Source: Eledone cirrhosa (taxonomy: Eukaryota). Taken from it: a stretch of DNA of 64,000 nt. Of this stretch, positions 27,551 through 43,743 are shown piece by piece (position 1 is the stretch's first letter; each line of letters opens with the position of its first letter). The translations under genes and the position numbers were made by a program. The notes under the pieces are model-generated. The model worked only from the letters and a program-made list of their open reading frames with translations, ran no database searches and was not told the origin of the DNA. The stretch spans positions 209,374,001 to 209,438,000 of the forward strand of contig OZ024743.1 of NCBI GenBank assembly GCA_964016885.1, written 5' to 3'.

Positions 27551-30500
27551 ATGAAAGCTCTTCACTCCATAAGATATACCACAGTTTACCATCCGATAGC
27601 CACACATGAAAGCTCTTCACTCCATAAGATATACCACAGTTTACCATCCTATAGCCACACATGAAAGCTATTCACTCCATAAGATATACCACAGTTTACC
27701 ATCCTATAGCCACAAATGAAAGCTCTTCACTCCATAAGATATACCACAGTTTACCATCCTATAGCCAGATGAAAGCTCTTCACTCCATAAGATATACAAC
27801 AGTTTACCATCCTATAGCCACGCATGAAAGCTCTTCACTCCATAAGATATACCACAGTTTACCATCCTATAGTCACAAATGAAAGCTCTTCACTCCATAA
27901 GATATACCACAGTTTACCATCCTATAGCCACACATGAAAGCTATTCACTCCATAAGATATACCACAGTTTACCATCCTATAGCCACAAATGAAAGCTCTT
28001 CACTCCATAAGATTTACCACAGTTTACCATCCTATAGCCACACATGAAAGCTATTCACTCCATAAGATATACCACAGTTTACCATCCTATAGCCACACAT
28101 GAAAGCTCTTCACTCCATAATATATACCACAGTTTACCATCCGATAGCCACACATGAAAGCTCTTCACTCCATCAGATATACCACAGTTTACCATCCTAT
28201 AGCCACACATGAAATCTCTTCACTCCATAACATATACCACAGTTTACCATCCTATAGCCACAAATGAAAGATCTTCACTCCATAAGATATACCACAGTTT
28301 ACCATCCTATAGCCAGATGAAAGCTCTTCACTCCATAAGATATACAACAGTTTACCATCCTATAGCCACACATGAAAGCTCTTCACTCCATAACATATAT
28401 ACCACAGTTTACCATCCTATAGCCACAAATGAAAGCTCTTCACTCCATAAGATATACCACAGTTTACCATCCTATAGCCACACATGAAAGCTATTCACTC
28501 CATAAGATATACCACAGTTTACCATCCTATAGCCACAAATGAAAGCTCTTCACTCCATAAGATATACCACAGTTTACCATCCGATAGCCACACATGAAAG
28601 CTCTTCACTCCATCAGATATACCACAGTTCACCATCCTATAGCCACACATGAAAGCTCTTCACTCCATAAGATATACCACAGTTTACCATCCTATAGCCA
28701 CATTTGAAAGCTCTTCACTCCATAAGATATACCACAGTTTACCATCCTATAGTCAGATGAAAGCTCTTCACTCCATAAGATATACCACAGTTTTCCATCC
28801 TATGGCCACGCATGAAAGCTCTTCACTCCATAAGATATACCACAGTTTACCATCCTATAGCCACACATGAAAGCTCTTCACTCCATAAGATATACCACAG
28901 TTTACCATCCTATGACCACAGATGAATGCTCTTCACTCCATAAGATATACCACAGTTTACCACCCTATGGCCACAGATGAAAGCTCTTAACTCCATAAAT
29001 TATACCACAGTTTACCATCCTATAGCCACGCCACGGATAAAAGCTCTTCACTCCATCAGATATACCACAGTTTACCATCCTATAGCCACAGATGAAAGCT
29101 GTTCACTCCATAAGATATACCACAGTTTACCATCCTATAGCCAGATGAAAGCTCTTCACTCCATAAGATATACAACAGTTTACCATCCTATAGCCACGCA
29201 TGAAAGCTCTTCACTCCATAAGATATACCACAGTTTACCATCCTATAGCCACAAATGAAAGCTCTTCACTCCATAAGATATACCACAGTTTACCATCCTA
29301 TAGCCACACATGAAAGCTATTCACTCCATAAGATATACCACAGTTTACCATCCTATAGCCACAAATGAAAGCTCTTCACTCCATAAGATTTACCACAGTT
29401 TACCATCCTATAGCCACACATGAAAGCTATTCACTCCATAAGATATACCACAGTTTACCATCCTATAGCCACAAATGAAAGCTCTTCACTCCATAAGATA
29501 TACCACAGTTTACCATCCGATAGCCACACATGAAAGCTCTTCACTCCATAAGATATACCACAGTTTACCATCCTATAGCCAGATGAAAGCTCTTCACTCC
29601 ATAAGATATACAACAGTTTACCATCCTATAGCCACACATGAAAGCTCTTCACTCCATAACATATATACCACAGTTTACCATCCTATAGCCACAAATGAAA
29701 GCTCTTCACTCCATAAGATATACCACAGTTTACCATCCTATAGCCACACATGAAAGCTATTCACTCCATAAGACATACCACAGTTTACCATCCTATAGCC
29801 ACAAATGAAAGCTCTTCACTCCATAAGATATACCACAGTTTACCATCCGATAGCCACACATGAAAGCTCTTCACTCCATCAGATATACCACAGTTCACCA
29901 TCCTATAGCCACACATGAAAGCTCTTCACTCCATAAGATATACCACAGTTTACCATCCTATAGCCACAATTGAAAGCTCTTCACTCCATAAGATATACCA
30001 CAGTTTACCATCCTATAGCCAGATGAAAGCTCTTCACTCCATATGATATACCACAGTTTACCATCCTATAGCCACGCATCAAATCTCATCACTCCATAAG
30101 ATATACCACAGTTTACCATCCTATAGCCACACATGAAAGCTCTTCACTCCATAAGATATACCGCAGTTTACCATCCTATAGCCACAGATGAAAGCTCTTC
30201 ACTCCATAAAATATACCACAGTTTTCCATCCTATAGCCACAGATGAAAGCTCTTCACTCCATAACATATACTACAGTTTACCATCCTATAGCCACACATG
30301 AGAGCTCTTCACTCCATAAGATATACCACAGTTTACCATCCTATAGCCACAGATGAAAGCTGTTCACTCCATAAGATATACCAGAGTTTACCATCCTATA
30401 CCCAGATTTAAGCTCTTCACTCCATAAGATATACAACAGTTTACCATCCTATAGCCACACATGAAAGCTCTTCACTCCATAAGATATACCACAGTTACCA

Positions 30501-33500
30501 TCCTATAGCCAGATGAAAGCACTTTACTCCATAAGATATACCACAGTTTACCATCCTATAGCCACGCATGAAAGCTCTTCACTCCATAAGATATACCACA
30601 GTTTACCATCCTATAGCCACACATGAAAGCCCTTCACTCCATAAGATATACCGCAGTTTACCATCCTATAGCCACAGATGAAAGCTCTTCACTCCATAAA
30701 ATATACCACAGTTTTCCATCCTATAGCCACAGATGAAAGCTCTTCACTCCATAACATATACTACAGTTTACCATCCTATAGCCACACATGAGAGCTCTTC
30801 ACTCCATAAGATATACCACAGTTTACCATCCTATAGCCAGATGAAAGCTCTTCACTCCATAAGATATACCTCAGTTTACCATCCTATAGCCACACATGAG
30901 AGCTCTTCACTCCATAAGATATACCACAGTTTACCATCCTATAGCCAAACATGAAAGCTCTACACTCCATAAGATATACAACAGTTTACCATCCTATAGC
31001 CACACATGAAAGCTCTTCACTCCATAAGATATACCACAGTTTACCATCCTATAGCCACACATGAAAGCTATTCACTCCATAAGATATACCACAGTTTACC
31101 ACCCTATAGACACAAATGAAAGCTCTTCACTCCATAAGATATACCACAGTTTACCATCCGATAGCCACACATGAAAGCTCTTCACTCCATAAGATATACC
31201 GCAGTTTACCATCCTATAGCCACAGATGAAAGCTCTTCACTCCATAAAATATACCACAGTTTTCCATCCTATAGCCACAGATGAAAGCTCTTCACTCCAT
31301 AACATATACTACAGTTTACCATCCTATAGCCACACATGAGAGCTCTTCACTCCATAAGATATACCACAGTTTACCATCCTATAGCCACAGATGAAAGCTG
31401 TTCACTCCATAAGATATACCACAGTTTACCATCCTATAGCCACGCCACGGATGAAAGCTCTTCACTCCATAAGATATACCACAGTTTACCATCCTATAGA
31501 CACAGATGAATGCTGTTCACTCCATAAGATATACCACAGTTTACCATCCTATAGCCAGATGAAAGCTCTTCACTCCATAAGATATACAACAGTTTACCAT
31601 CCTATAGCCACACATGAAAGCTCTTCACTCCATAAGATATACCACAGTTTACCATCCTATAGCCACAAATGAAAGCTCTTCACTCCATAAGATATACCAC
31701 AGTTTACTATCCTATAGCCACACATGAAAGCTGTTCACTCCATAAGATATACCACAGTTTACCATCCTATAGCCACAAATGAAAGCTCTTCACTCCATAA
31801 GATATACCACAGTTTACCATCCGATAGCCACACATGAAAGCTCTTCACTCCATCAGATATACCACAATTTACCATCCTATAGCCACAAATGAAAGCTCTT
31901 CACTCCATAAGATATACCACAGTTTACCATCCTATAGCCAGATGAAAGCACTTCACTCCATAAGATATACCACAGATTACCATCCTATAGCCACGCATGA
32001 AAGCTCTTCACTCCATAAGATATACCACAGTTTACCATCCTATAGCCACACATGAAAGCCCTTCACTCCATAAGATATACCGCAGTTTACCATCCTATAG
32101 CCACACATGAAAGCTCTTCACTCCATAAAATATACCACAGTTTCCCATCCTATAGCCACAGATGAAAGCTCTTCACTCCATAACATATACTACAGTTTAA
32201 CATCCTATAGCCACACATTAGAGCTCTTCACTCCATAAGATATACCACAGTTTACCATCCTATAGCCAGATGAAAGCTCTTCACTCCATAAGATATACCT
32301 CAGTTTACCATCCTATAGCCACACATGAAAGCTATTCACTCCATAAGATATACCACAGTTTCCCATCCTATAGCCATAAATGAAAGCTCTTCACTCCATA
32401 AGATATACCACAGTTTACCATCCGATAGCCACACATGAAAGCTCTTCACTCCATCAGATATACCACAGTTTACCATCCTATAGCCACACATGAAAGCTCT
32501 TCACTCCAAAAGATATACCACAGTTTACCATCCTATAGCCACAAATGAAAGCTCTTCACTCCATAAGATGTACCACAGTTTATTATCCTATAGCCAGAAG
32601 AAAGCTCTTCACACCATAAGATATACCACAGTTTACCATCCTATGGCCACGCATGAAAGCTCTTTAATCCATAAGATATACCACAGTTTACCATCCTATA
32701 GCCACACATGAAAGCTCTTCACTCCATAAGATATACCACAGTTTACCATCCTATGACCACAGATGAATGCTCTTCAGTCCATAAGATATACCACAGTTTA
32801 CCACCCTATGGCCACAGATGAAAGCTCTTCACTCCATACATTATACCACAGTTTACCATCCTATAGCCACGCCACGGATGAAAGCTCTTCACTCCATAAG
32901 ATATACCACAGTTTACCATCCTATAGTCACAGATGAAAGCTCTTCACTCCATAAGATATAACACAGTTTAGCATCCTATAGCCAGATGAAAGCTCTTCAC
33001 TCCATAAGATATACCACAGTTTACCATCCTATAGCCACAGATGAAAGCTCTTCACTCCATAAGATATACCACAGTTTACCATCCTATAGCCACAGATGAA
33101 AGCTCTTCACTCCTTAAGATATAACACAGTTTACCATCCTATAGCCACACATGAAAGCTCTTCACTCCATAAGATATACCACACTTTACCATCCTATAGC
33201 CACAGATGAAAGCTCTTTACTCCATAAGATATACCACAGTTTACCATCCTATAGCCACAGATGAAAGCTGTTCACTCCATAAGATATACCACAGTTTACC
33301 ATCCTATAGCGACACATGAAAGCTCTTCACTCCATAAGATATACCACAGTTTACCATCCTATAGCCACAGATGAAAGCTGTTCACTCCATAAGATATACC
33401 AGAGTTTACCATCCTATAGCCAGATGAAAGCTCTTCACTCCATAATATATACAACAGTTTACCATCCTATAGCCACACATGAAAGCTCTTCACTCCATAA

Positions 33501-36500
33501 GATATACCACAGTTTACCATCCTATAGCCACAAATGAAACCTCTTCACTCCATAAGATATACCACAGTTTACTATCCTATAGCCACACATGAAAGCACTT
33601 CACTCCATAAGATATACCACAGTTTACCATCCTATAGCCACGCATGAAAGCTCTTCACTCCATAAGATATACCACAGTTTACCATCCTATAGCCACACAT
33701 GAAAGCCCTTCACTCCATAAGATATACCGCAGTTTACCATCTTATAGCCACAGATGAAAGCTCTTCACTCCATAACATATACTACAGTTTACGATCCTAT
33801 AGCCACACATGAGAGCTCTTCACTCCATAAGATATACCACAGTTTACCATCCTATAGCCACATATGAAAGCTCTACACTCCATAAGATATACAACAGTTT
33901 ACCATCCTATAGCCACAGATGAAAGCTCTTCACTCCATAAAATATACCACAGTTTTCCATCATATAGCCACAGATGAAAGCTCTTCACTCCATAACATAT
34001 ACTACAGTTTACCATCCTATAGCCACACATGAGAGCTCTTCACTCCATAAGATATACCACAGTTTACCATCCTATAGCCACAGATGAAAGCTGTTCACTC
34101 CATAAGATATACCACAGTTTACCATCCTATAGCCAGATGAAAGCTCTTCACTCCATAAGATATACCACAGTTTACCATCCTATAGCCACGCCACGGATGA
34201 AAGCTCTTCACTCCATAAGATATACCACAATTTACCATCCAATAGACACAGATGAAAGCTGTTCACTCCATAAGATATACCACAGTTTACCATCCTATAG
34301 CCAGATGAAAGCTCTTCACTCCATAAGATATACAACAGTTTACCATCCTATAGCCACACATGAAAGCTCTTCACTCCATAAGATATACCACAGTTTACCA
34401 TCCTATAGCCACAAATGAAAGCTCTTCACTCCATAAGATATACCACAGTTTACTATCCTATAGCCACACATGAAAGCTATTCACTCCATAAGATATACCA
34501 CAGTTTACCATCCTATAGCCACAAATGAAAGCTCTTCACTCCATAAGATATACCACAGTTTACCATCCGATAGCCACACATGAAAGCTCTTCACTCCATC
34601 AGATATACCACAGTTTACCATCCTATAGCCACACATGAAAGCTCTTCACTCCATAAGATATACCACAGTTTGCCATCCTATAGCCACAAATGAAAGCTCT
34701 TCACTCCATAAGATATACCACAGTTTACCATCCTATAGCCAGATGAAAGCACTTCACTCCATAAGATATACCACAGTTTACCATCCTATAGCCACGCATG
34801 AAAGCTCTTCACTCCATAAGATTTACCACAGTTTACCATCCTATAGCCACACATGAAAGCCCTTCACTCCATAAGATATACCGCAGTTTACCATCCTATA
34901 GCCACACATGAAAGCTCTTCACTCCATAAAATATACCACAGTTTCCCATCCTATAGCCACAGATGAAAGCTCTTCACTCCATAACATATACTACAGTTTA
35001 CCATCCTATAGCCACACATGAGAGCTCTTCACTCCATAAGATATACCACAGTTTACCATCCTATAGCCAGATGAAAGCTCTTCACTCCATAAGATATACC
35101 TCAGTTTACCATCCTATAGCCACACATGAAAGCTATTTACTCCATAAGATATACCACAGTTTCCCATCCTATAGCCACAAATGAAAGCTCTTCACTCCAT
35201 AAGATATACCACAATTTACCATCCGATAGCCACACATGAAAGCTCTTCACTCCATCAGATATACCACAGTTTACCATCCTATAGCCACACATGAAAGCTC
35301 TTCACTCCATAAGATATACCACAGTTTACCATCCTATAGCCACAAATGAAAGCTCTTCACTCCATAAGATATACCACAGTTTACCATCCTATAGCCAGAT
35401 GAAAGCTCTTCACTCCATAAGATATACCACAGTTTACCATCCTATGGCCACGCATGAAAGCTCTTCACTCCATAAGATATACCACAGTTTACCATCCTAT
35501 AGCCACACATGAAAGCTCTTCACTCCATAAGATATACCACAGTTTACCATCCTATGACCACAGATGAATGCTCTTCACTCCATAAGATATACCACAGTTT
35601 ACCACCCTATGGCCACAGATGAAAGCTCTTCACTCCATAAATTATACCACAGTTTACCATCCTATAGCCACACATGAAAGCTCTTCACTCCATAAGATAT
35701 ACCACAGTTTACCATCCTATAGTCACGCCACGGATAAAAGCTCTTCACTCCATAAGATATACCACAGTTTACCATCCTATAGTCACACATGAAAGCTCTT
35801 CACTCCATAAGATATAACACAGTTTAGCATCCTATAGCCAGATGAAAGCTCTTCACTCCATAAGATATACCACAGTTTACCATCCTATAGCCACAGATGA
35901 AAGCTCTTCACTCCATAAGATATACCACAGTTTACCATCCTATAGCCACAGATAAAAGCTCTTCACTCCATAAGATATACCACAGTTTACCATCCTATAG
36001 CCACACATGAAAGCTCTTCACTCCATAAGATATACCACACTTTACCATCCTATAGCCACAGATGAAAGCTCTTTACTCCATAAGATATACCACAGTTTAC
36101 CATCCTATAGCCACAGATGAAAGCTGTTCACTCCATAAGATATACCACAGTTTACCATCCTATAGCCACACATGAAAGCTCTTCACTCCATAAGATATAC
36201 CACAGTTTACCATCCTATAGCCACAGATGAAAGCTGTTCACTCCATAAGATATACCAGAGTTTACCATCCTATAGCCAGATGAAAGCTCTTCACTCCATA
36301 AGATATACCACAGTTTACCATCCTATAGCCACAGATGAAAGCTGTTCACTCCATAAGATATACCAGAGTTTACCATCCTATAACCAGATGAAAGCACTTC
36401 ACTCCATAAGATATACCACAGTTTACCATCCTATAGCCATGCATGAAAGCTCTTCACTCCATAAGATATACCACAGTTTACCATCCTATAGCCACACATG

Positions 36501-37208
36501 AAAGCCCTTCACTCCATAAGATATACCGCAGTTTACCATCCTATAGCCAGAGAGGAAAGCTCTTCACTCCATAAAATATACCACAGTTTTCCATCCTATA
36601 GCCACAGATTAAAGCTCTTCACTCCATAACATATACTACAGTTTACCAACTTATAGCCACACATGAGAGCTCTTCACTCCATAAGATATACCACAGTTTA
36701 CCATCCTATAGCCAGATGAAAGCTCTTCACTCCATAAGATATACCTCAGTTTACCATCCTATAGCCACACATGAGAGCTCTTCACTCCATAAGATATACC
36801 ACAGTTTACCATCCTATAGCCACACATGAAAGCTCTACACTCCATAAGATATACAACAGTTTACCATCCTATAGCCACAAATGAAAGCTCTTCACTCCAT
36901 AAGATACACCACAGTTTACCATCCGATAGCCACACATGAAAGCTCTTCACTCCATAAGATATACCGCAGTTTACCATCCTATAGCCACAGATGAAAGCTC
37001 TTCACTCCATAAAATATACCACAGTTTTCCATCCTATAGCCACAGATGAAAGCTCTTCACTCCATAACATATACTACAGTTTACCATCCTATAGCCACAC
37101 ATGAAAGCTCTTCACTCCATAAGATATACCGCAGTTTACCATCCTATAGCCACAGATGAAAGCTGTTCACTCCATAAGATATACCACAGTTTACCATCCT
37201 ATAGCCAG

Positions 37209-40200
37209 ATGAAAGCTCTTCACTCCATAAGATATACCACAGTTTACCATCCTATAGCCACGCCACGGATGAAAGCTCTTCACTCCATAAGATATACCAC
37301 AGTTTACCATCCTATAGACACAGATGAAAGCTGTTCACTCCATAAGATATACCACAGTTTACCATCCTATAGCCAGATGAAAGCTCTTCACTCCATAAGA
37401 TATACAACAGTTTACCATCCTATAGCCACACATGAAAGCTCTTCACTCCATAAGATATACCACAGTTTACCATCCTATAGCCACAAATGAAAGCTCTTCA
37501 CTCCATAAGATATACCACAGTTTACTATCCTATAGCCACACATGAAAGCTATTCACTCCATAAGATATACCACAGTTTACCATCCTATAGCCACAAATGA
37601 AAGCTCTTCACTCCATAAGATATACCACAGCTTACCATCCGATAGCCACACATGAAAGCTCTTCACTCCATCAGATATACCACAGTTTACCATCCTATAG
37701 CCACACATGAAAGCTCTTCACTCCATAAGATATACCACAGTTTCCCATCCTATAGCCACAAATGAAAGCTCTTCACTCCATAAGATATACCACAGTTTAC
37801 CATCCTATAGCCAGATGAAAGCACTTCACTCCATAAGATATACCACAGTTTACCATCCTATAGCCACGCATGAAAGCTCTTCACTCCATAAGATATACCA
37901 CAGTTTACCATCCTATAGCCACACATGAAAGCCCTTCACTCCATAAGATATACCGCAGTTTACCATCCTATAGCCACACATGAAAGCTCTTCACTCCATA
38001 AGATATACCACAGTTTCCCATCCTATAGCCACAGATGAAAGCTCTTCACTCCATAAGATATACCACAGTTTACCATCCTATAGCCAGAAATGAAAGCTCT
38101 TCACTCCATAAGATATACCACAGTTTACCATCCTATAGCCAGATGAAAGCTCTTCACTCCATAAGATATACCACAGTTTACCATCCTATGGCCACGCATG
38201 AAAGCTCTTCACTCCATAAGATATACCACAGATTACCATCCTATAGCCACACATGAAAGCTCTTCACTCCATAAGATATACCACAGTTTACCATCCTATG
38301 ACCACAGATGAATGCTCTTCAATCCATAAGATATACCACAGTTTACCACCCTATGGCCACAGATGAAAGCTCTTCACTCCATAAATTATACCACAGTTTA
38401 CCATCCTATAGCCACACATGAAAGCTCTTCACTCCATAAGATATACCACAGTTTACCATCCTATAGCCACGCCACGGATGAAAGCTCTTCACTCCATAAG
38501 ATATACCACAGTTTACCATCCTATAGTCACACATGAAAGCTCTTAACTCCATAAGATATAACACAGTTTAGCATCCTATAGCCAGATGAAAGCTCTTCAC
38601 TCCATAATATATACCACAGTTAACCATCCTATAGCCAGATGAAAGCTCTTCACTCCATAATATATACCACAGTTAACCATCCTATAGCCACAGATGAAAG
38701 CTCTTCACTCCATAAGATATACCACAGTTTACCATCCTATAGCCACAGATGAAAGCTCTTCACTCCATAAGATATACCACAGTTTACCATCCTATAGCCA
38801 CACATGAAAGCTCTTCACTCCATAAGATATACCACAGTTTACCATCCTATAGCCACACATGAAAGCCCTTCACTCCATAAGATATACCGCAGTTTACCAT
38901 CCTATAGCCAGAGAGGAAAGCTCTTCACTCCATAAAATATACCACAGTTTTCCATCCTATAGCCACAGATGAAAGCTCTTCACTCCATAACATATACTAC
39001 AGTTTACCAACCTATAGCCACACATGAGAGCTCTTCACTCCATAAGATATACCACAGTTTACCATCCTATAGCCAGATGAAAGCTCTTCACTCCATAAGA
39101 TATACCTCAGTTTACCATCCTATAGACACACATGAGAGCTCTTCACTCCATAAGATATACCTCAGTTTACCATCCTATAGCCACACATGAGAGCTCTTCA
39201 CTCCATAAGATATACCACAGTTTACCATCCTATAGACACACATGAAAGCTCTACACTCCATAAGATATACAACAGTTTACCATCCTATAGCCACAAATGA
39301 AAGCTCTTCACTCCATAAGATATACCACAGTTTACCATCCGATAGCCACACATGAAAGCTCTTCACTCCATAAGATATACCGCAGTTTACCATCCTATAG
39401 CCACAGATGAAAGCTCTTCACTCCATAAAATATACCACAGTTTTCCATCCTATAGCCACAGATGAAAGCTCTTCACTCCATAACATATACTACAGTTTAC
39501 CATCCTATAGCCACACATGAAAGCTGTTCACTCCATAAGATATACCGCAGTTTAACATCCTATAGCCACAGATGAAAGCTGTTCACTCCATAAGATATAC
39601 CACAGTTTACCATCCTATAGCCAGATGAAAGCTCTTCACTCCATAAGATATACCACAGTTTACCATCCTATAGCCACGCCACGGATGAAAGCTCTTCACT
39701 CCATAAGATATACCACAGTTTACCATCCTATAGCCAGATGAAAGCTCTTCACTCCATAAGATATACAACAGTTTACCATCCTATAGCCACACATGAAAGC
39801 TCTTCACTCCATAAGATATACCACAGTTTACCATCCTATAGCCACAAATGAAAGCTCTTCACTCCATAAGATATACCACAGTTTACTACCCTATAGCCAC
39901 ACATGAAAGCTATTCACTCCATAAGATATACCACAGTTTACCATCCTATAGCCACAAATGAAAGCTCTTCACTCCATAAGATATACCACAGCTTACCATC
40001 CGATAGCCACACATGAAAGCTCTTCACTCCATCAGATATACCACAGTTTACCATCCTATAGCCACACATGAAAGCTCTTCACTCCATAAGATATACCACA
40101 GTTTCCCATCCTATAGCCACAAATGAAAGCTCTTCACTCCATAAGATATACCACAGTTTACCATCCTATAGCCAGATGAAAGCACTTCACTCCATAAGAT

Positions 40201-43200
40201 ATACCACAGTTTACCATCCTATAGCCACGCATGAAAGCTCTTCACTCCATAAGATATACCACAGTTTACCATCCTATAGCCACACATGAAAGCCCTTCAC
40301 TCCATAAGATATACCGCAGTTTACCATCATATAGCCACACATGAAAGCTCTTCACTCCATAAAATATACCACAGTTTCCCATCCTATAGCCACAGATGAA
40401 AGCTCTTCACTCCATAAGATATACCACAGTTTACCATCCTATAGCCAGAAATGAAAGCTCTTCACTCCATAAGATATACCACAGTTTACCATCCTATAGC
40501 CAGATGAAAGCTCTTCACTCCATAAGATATACCACAGTTTACCATCCTATAGCCACGCCACGGATGAAAGCTCTTCACTCCATAAGATATACCACAGTTT
40601 ACCATCCTATAGACACAGATGAAAGCTGTTCACTCCATAAGATATACCACAGTTTACCATCCTATAGCCAGATGAAAGCTCTTCACTCCATAAGATATAC
40701 AACAGTTTACCATCCTATAGCCACACATGAAAGCTCTTCACTCCATAAGATATACCACAGTTTACCATCCTATAGCCACAAATGAAAGCTCTTCACTCCA
40801 TAAGATATACCACAGTTTACTATCCTATAGCCACACATGAAAGCTATTCACTCCATAAGATATACCACAGTTTACCATCCTATAGCCACAAATGAAAGCT
40901 CTTCACTCCATAAGATATACCACAGCTTACCATCCGATAGCCACACATGAAAGCTCTTCACTCCATCAGATATACCACAGTTTACCATCCTATAGCCACA
41001 CATGAAAGCTCTTCACTCCATAAGATATACCACAGTTTCCCATCCTATAGCCACAAATGAAAGCTCTTCACTCCATAAGATATACCACAGTTTACCATCC
41101 TATAGCCAGATGAAAGCACTTCACTCCATAAGATATACCACAGTTTACCATCCTATAGCCACGCATGAAAGCTCTTCACTCCATAAGATATACCACAGTT
41201 TACCATCCTATAGCCACACATGAAAGCCCTTCACTCCATAAGATATACCGCAGTTTACCATCCTATAGCCACACATGAAAGCTCTTCACTCCATAAGATA
41301 TACCACAGTTTCCCATCCTATAGCCACAGATGAAAGCTCTTCACTCCATAAGATATACCACAGTTTACCATCCTATAGCCAGAAATGAAAGCTCTTCACT
41401 CCATAAGATATACCACAGTTTACCATCCTATAGCCAGATGAAAGCTCTTCACTCCATAAGATATACCACAGTTTACCATCCTATGGCCACGCATGAAAGC
41501 TCTTCACTCCATAAGATATACCACAGATTACCATCCTATAGCCACACATGAAAGCTCTTCACTCCATAAGATATACCACAGTTTACCATCCTATGACCAC
41601 AGATGAATGCTCTTCAATCCATAAGATATACCACAGTTTACCACCCTATGGCCACAGATGAAAGCTCTTCACTCCATAAATTATACCACAGTTTACCATC
41701 CTATAGCCACACATGAAAGCTCTTCACTCCATAAGATATACCACAGTTTACCATCCTATAGCCACGCCACGGATGAAAGCTCTTCACTCCATAAGATATA
41801 CCACAGTTTACCATCCTATAGTCACACATGAAAGCTCTTAACTCCATAAGATATAACACAGTTTAGCATCCTATAGCCAGATGAAAGCTCTTCACTCCAT
41901 AATATATACCACAGTTAACCATCCTATAGCCAGATGAAAGCTCTTCACTCCATAATATATACCACAGTTAACCATCCTATAGCCACAGATGAAAGCTCTT
42001 CACTCCATAAGATATACCACAGTTTACCATCCTATAGCCACAGATGAAAGCTCTTCACTCCATAAGATATACCACAGTTTACCATCCTATAGCCACACAT
42101 GAAAGCTCTTCACTCCATAAGATATACCACAGTTTACCATCCTATAGCCACACATGAAAGCCCTTCACTCCATAAGATATACCGCAGTTTACCATCCTAT
42201 AGCCAGAGAGGAAAGCTCTTCACTCCATAAAATATACCTCAGTTTTCCATCCTATAGCCACAGATGAAAGCTCTTCACTCCATAACATATACTACAGTTT
42301 ACCAACCTATAGCCACACATGAGAGCTCTTCACTCCATAAGATATACCACAGTTTACCATCCTATAGCCAGATGAAAGCTCTTCACTCCATAAGATATAC
42401 CTCAGTTTACCATCCTATAGACACACATGAGAGCTCTTCACTCCATAAGATATACCTCAGTTTACCATCCTATAGCCACACATGAGAGCTCTTCACTCCA
42501 TAAGATATACCACAGTTTACCATCCTATAGACACACATGAAAGCTCTACACTCCATAAGATATACAACAGTTTACCATCCTATAGCCACACATGAAAGCT
42601 CTTCACTCCATAAGATATACCGCAGTTTACCATCCTATAGCCACAGATGAAAGCTCTTCACTCCATAAAATATACCACAGTTTTCCATCCTATAGCCACA
42701 GATGAAAGCTCTTCACTCCATAACATATACTACAGTTTACCATCCTATAGCCACACATGAAAGCTGTTCACTCCATAAGATATACCGCAGTTTAACATCC
42801 TATAGCCACAGATGAAAGCTGTTCACTCCATAAGATATACCACAGTTTACCATCCTATAGCCAGATGAAAGCTCTTCACTCCATAAGATATACCACAGTT
42901 TACCATCCTATAGCCACGCCACGGATGAAAGCTCTTCACTCCATAAGATATACCACAGTTTACCATCCTATAGCCAGATGAAAGCTCTTCACTCCATAAG
43001 ATATACAACAGTTTACCATCCTATAGCCACACATGAAAGCTCTTCACTCCATAAGATATACCACAGTTTACCATCCTATAGCCACAAATGAAAGCTCTTC
43101 ACTCCATAAGATATACCACAGTTTACTACCCTATAGCCACACATGAAAGCTATTCACTCCATAAGATATACCACAGTTTACCATCCTATAGCCACAAATG

Positions 43201-43743
43201 AAAGCTCTTCACTCCATAAGATATACCACAGCTTACCATCCGATAGCCACACATGAAAGCTCTTCACTCCATCAGATATACCACAGTTTACCATCCTATA
43301 GCCACACATGAAAGCTCTTCACTCCATAAGATATACCACAGTTTCCCATCCTATAGCCACAAATGAAAGCTCTTCACTCCATAAGATATACCACAGTTTA
43401 CCATCCTATAGCCAGATGAAAGCACTTCACTCCATAAGATATACCACAGTTTACCATCCTATAGCCACGCATGAAAGCTCTTCACTCCATAAGATATACC
43501 ACAGTTTACCATCCTATAGCCACACATGAAAGCCCTTCACTCCATAAGATATACCGCAGTTTACCATCATATAGCCACACATGAAAGCTCTTCACTCCAT
43601 AAAATATACCACAGTTTCCCATCCTATAGCCACAGATGAAAGCTCTTCACTCCATAAGATATACCACAGTTTACCATCCTATAGCCAGAAATGAAAGCTC
43701 TTCACTCCATAAGATATACCACAGTTTACCATCCTATAGCCAG
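37209..43743. repeat. Near-identical tandem duplication: 37209-40503 (3295 bp) / 40504-43743 (3240 bp, one monomer fewer)
   Basis: ORF offsets are 3295 (37707/41002, 38035/41330, 38969/42264), then 3240 (40068/43308, 40396/43636). Shared rare variants are CAGCTTAC, GCCAGAAATG, GCCAGAGAGG and TACTACCC. Confidence 0.92.
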
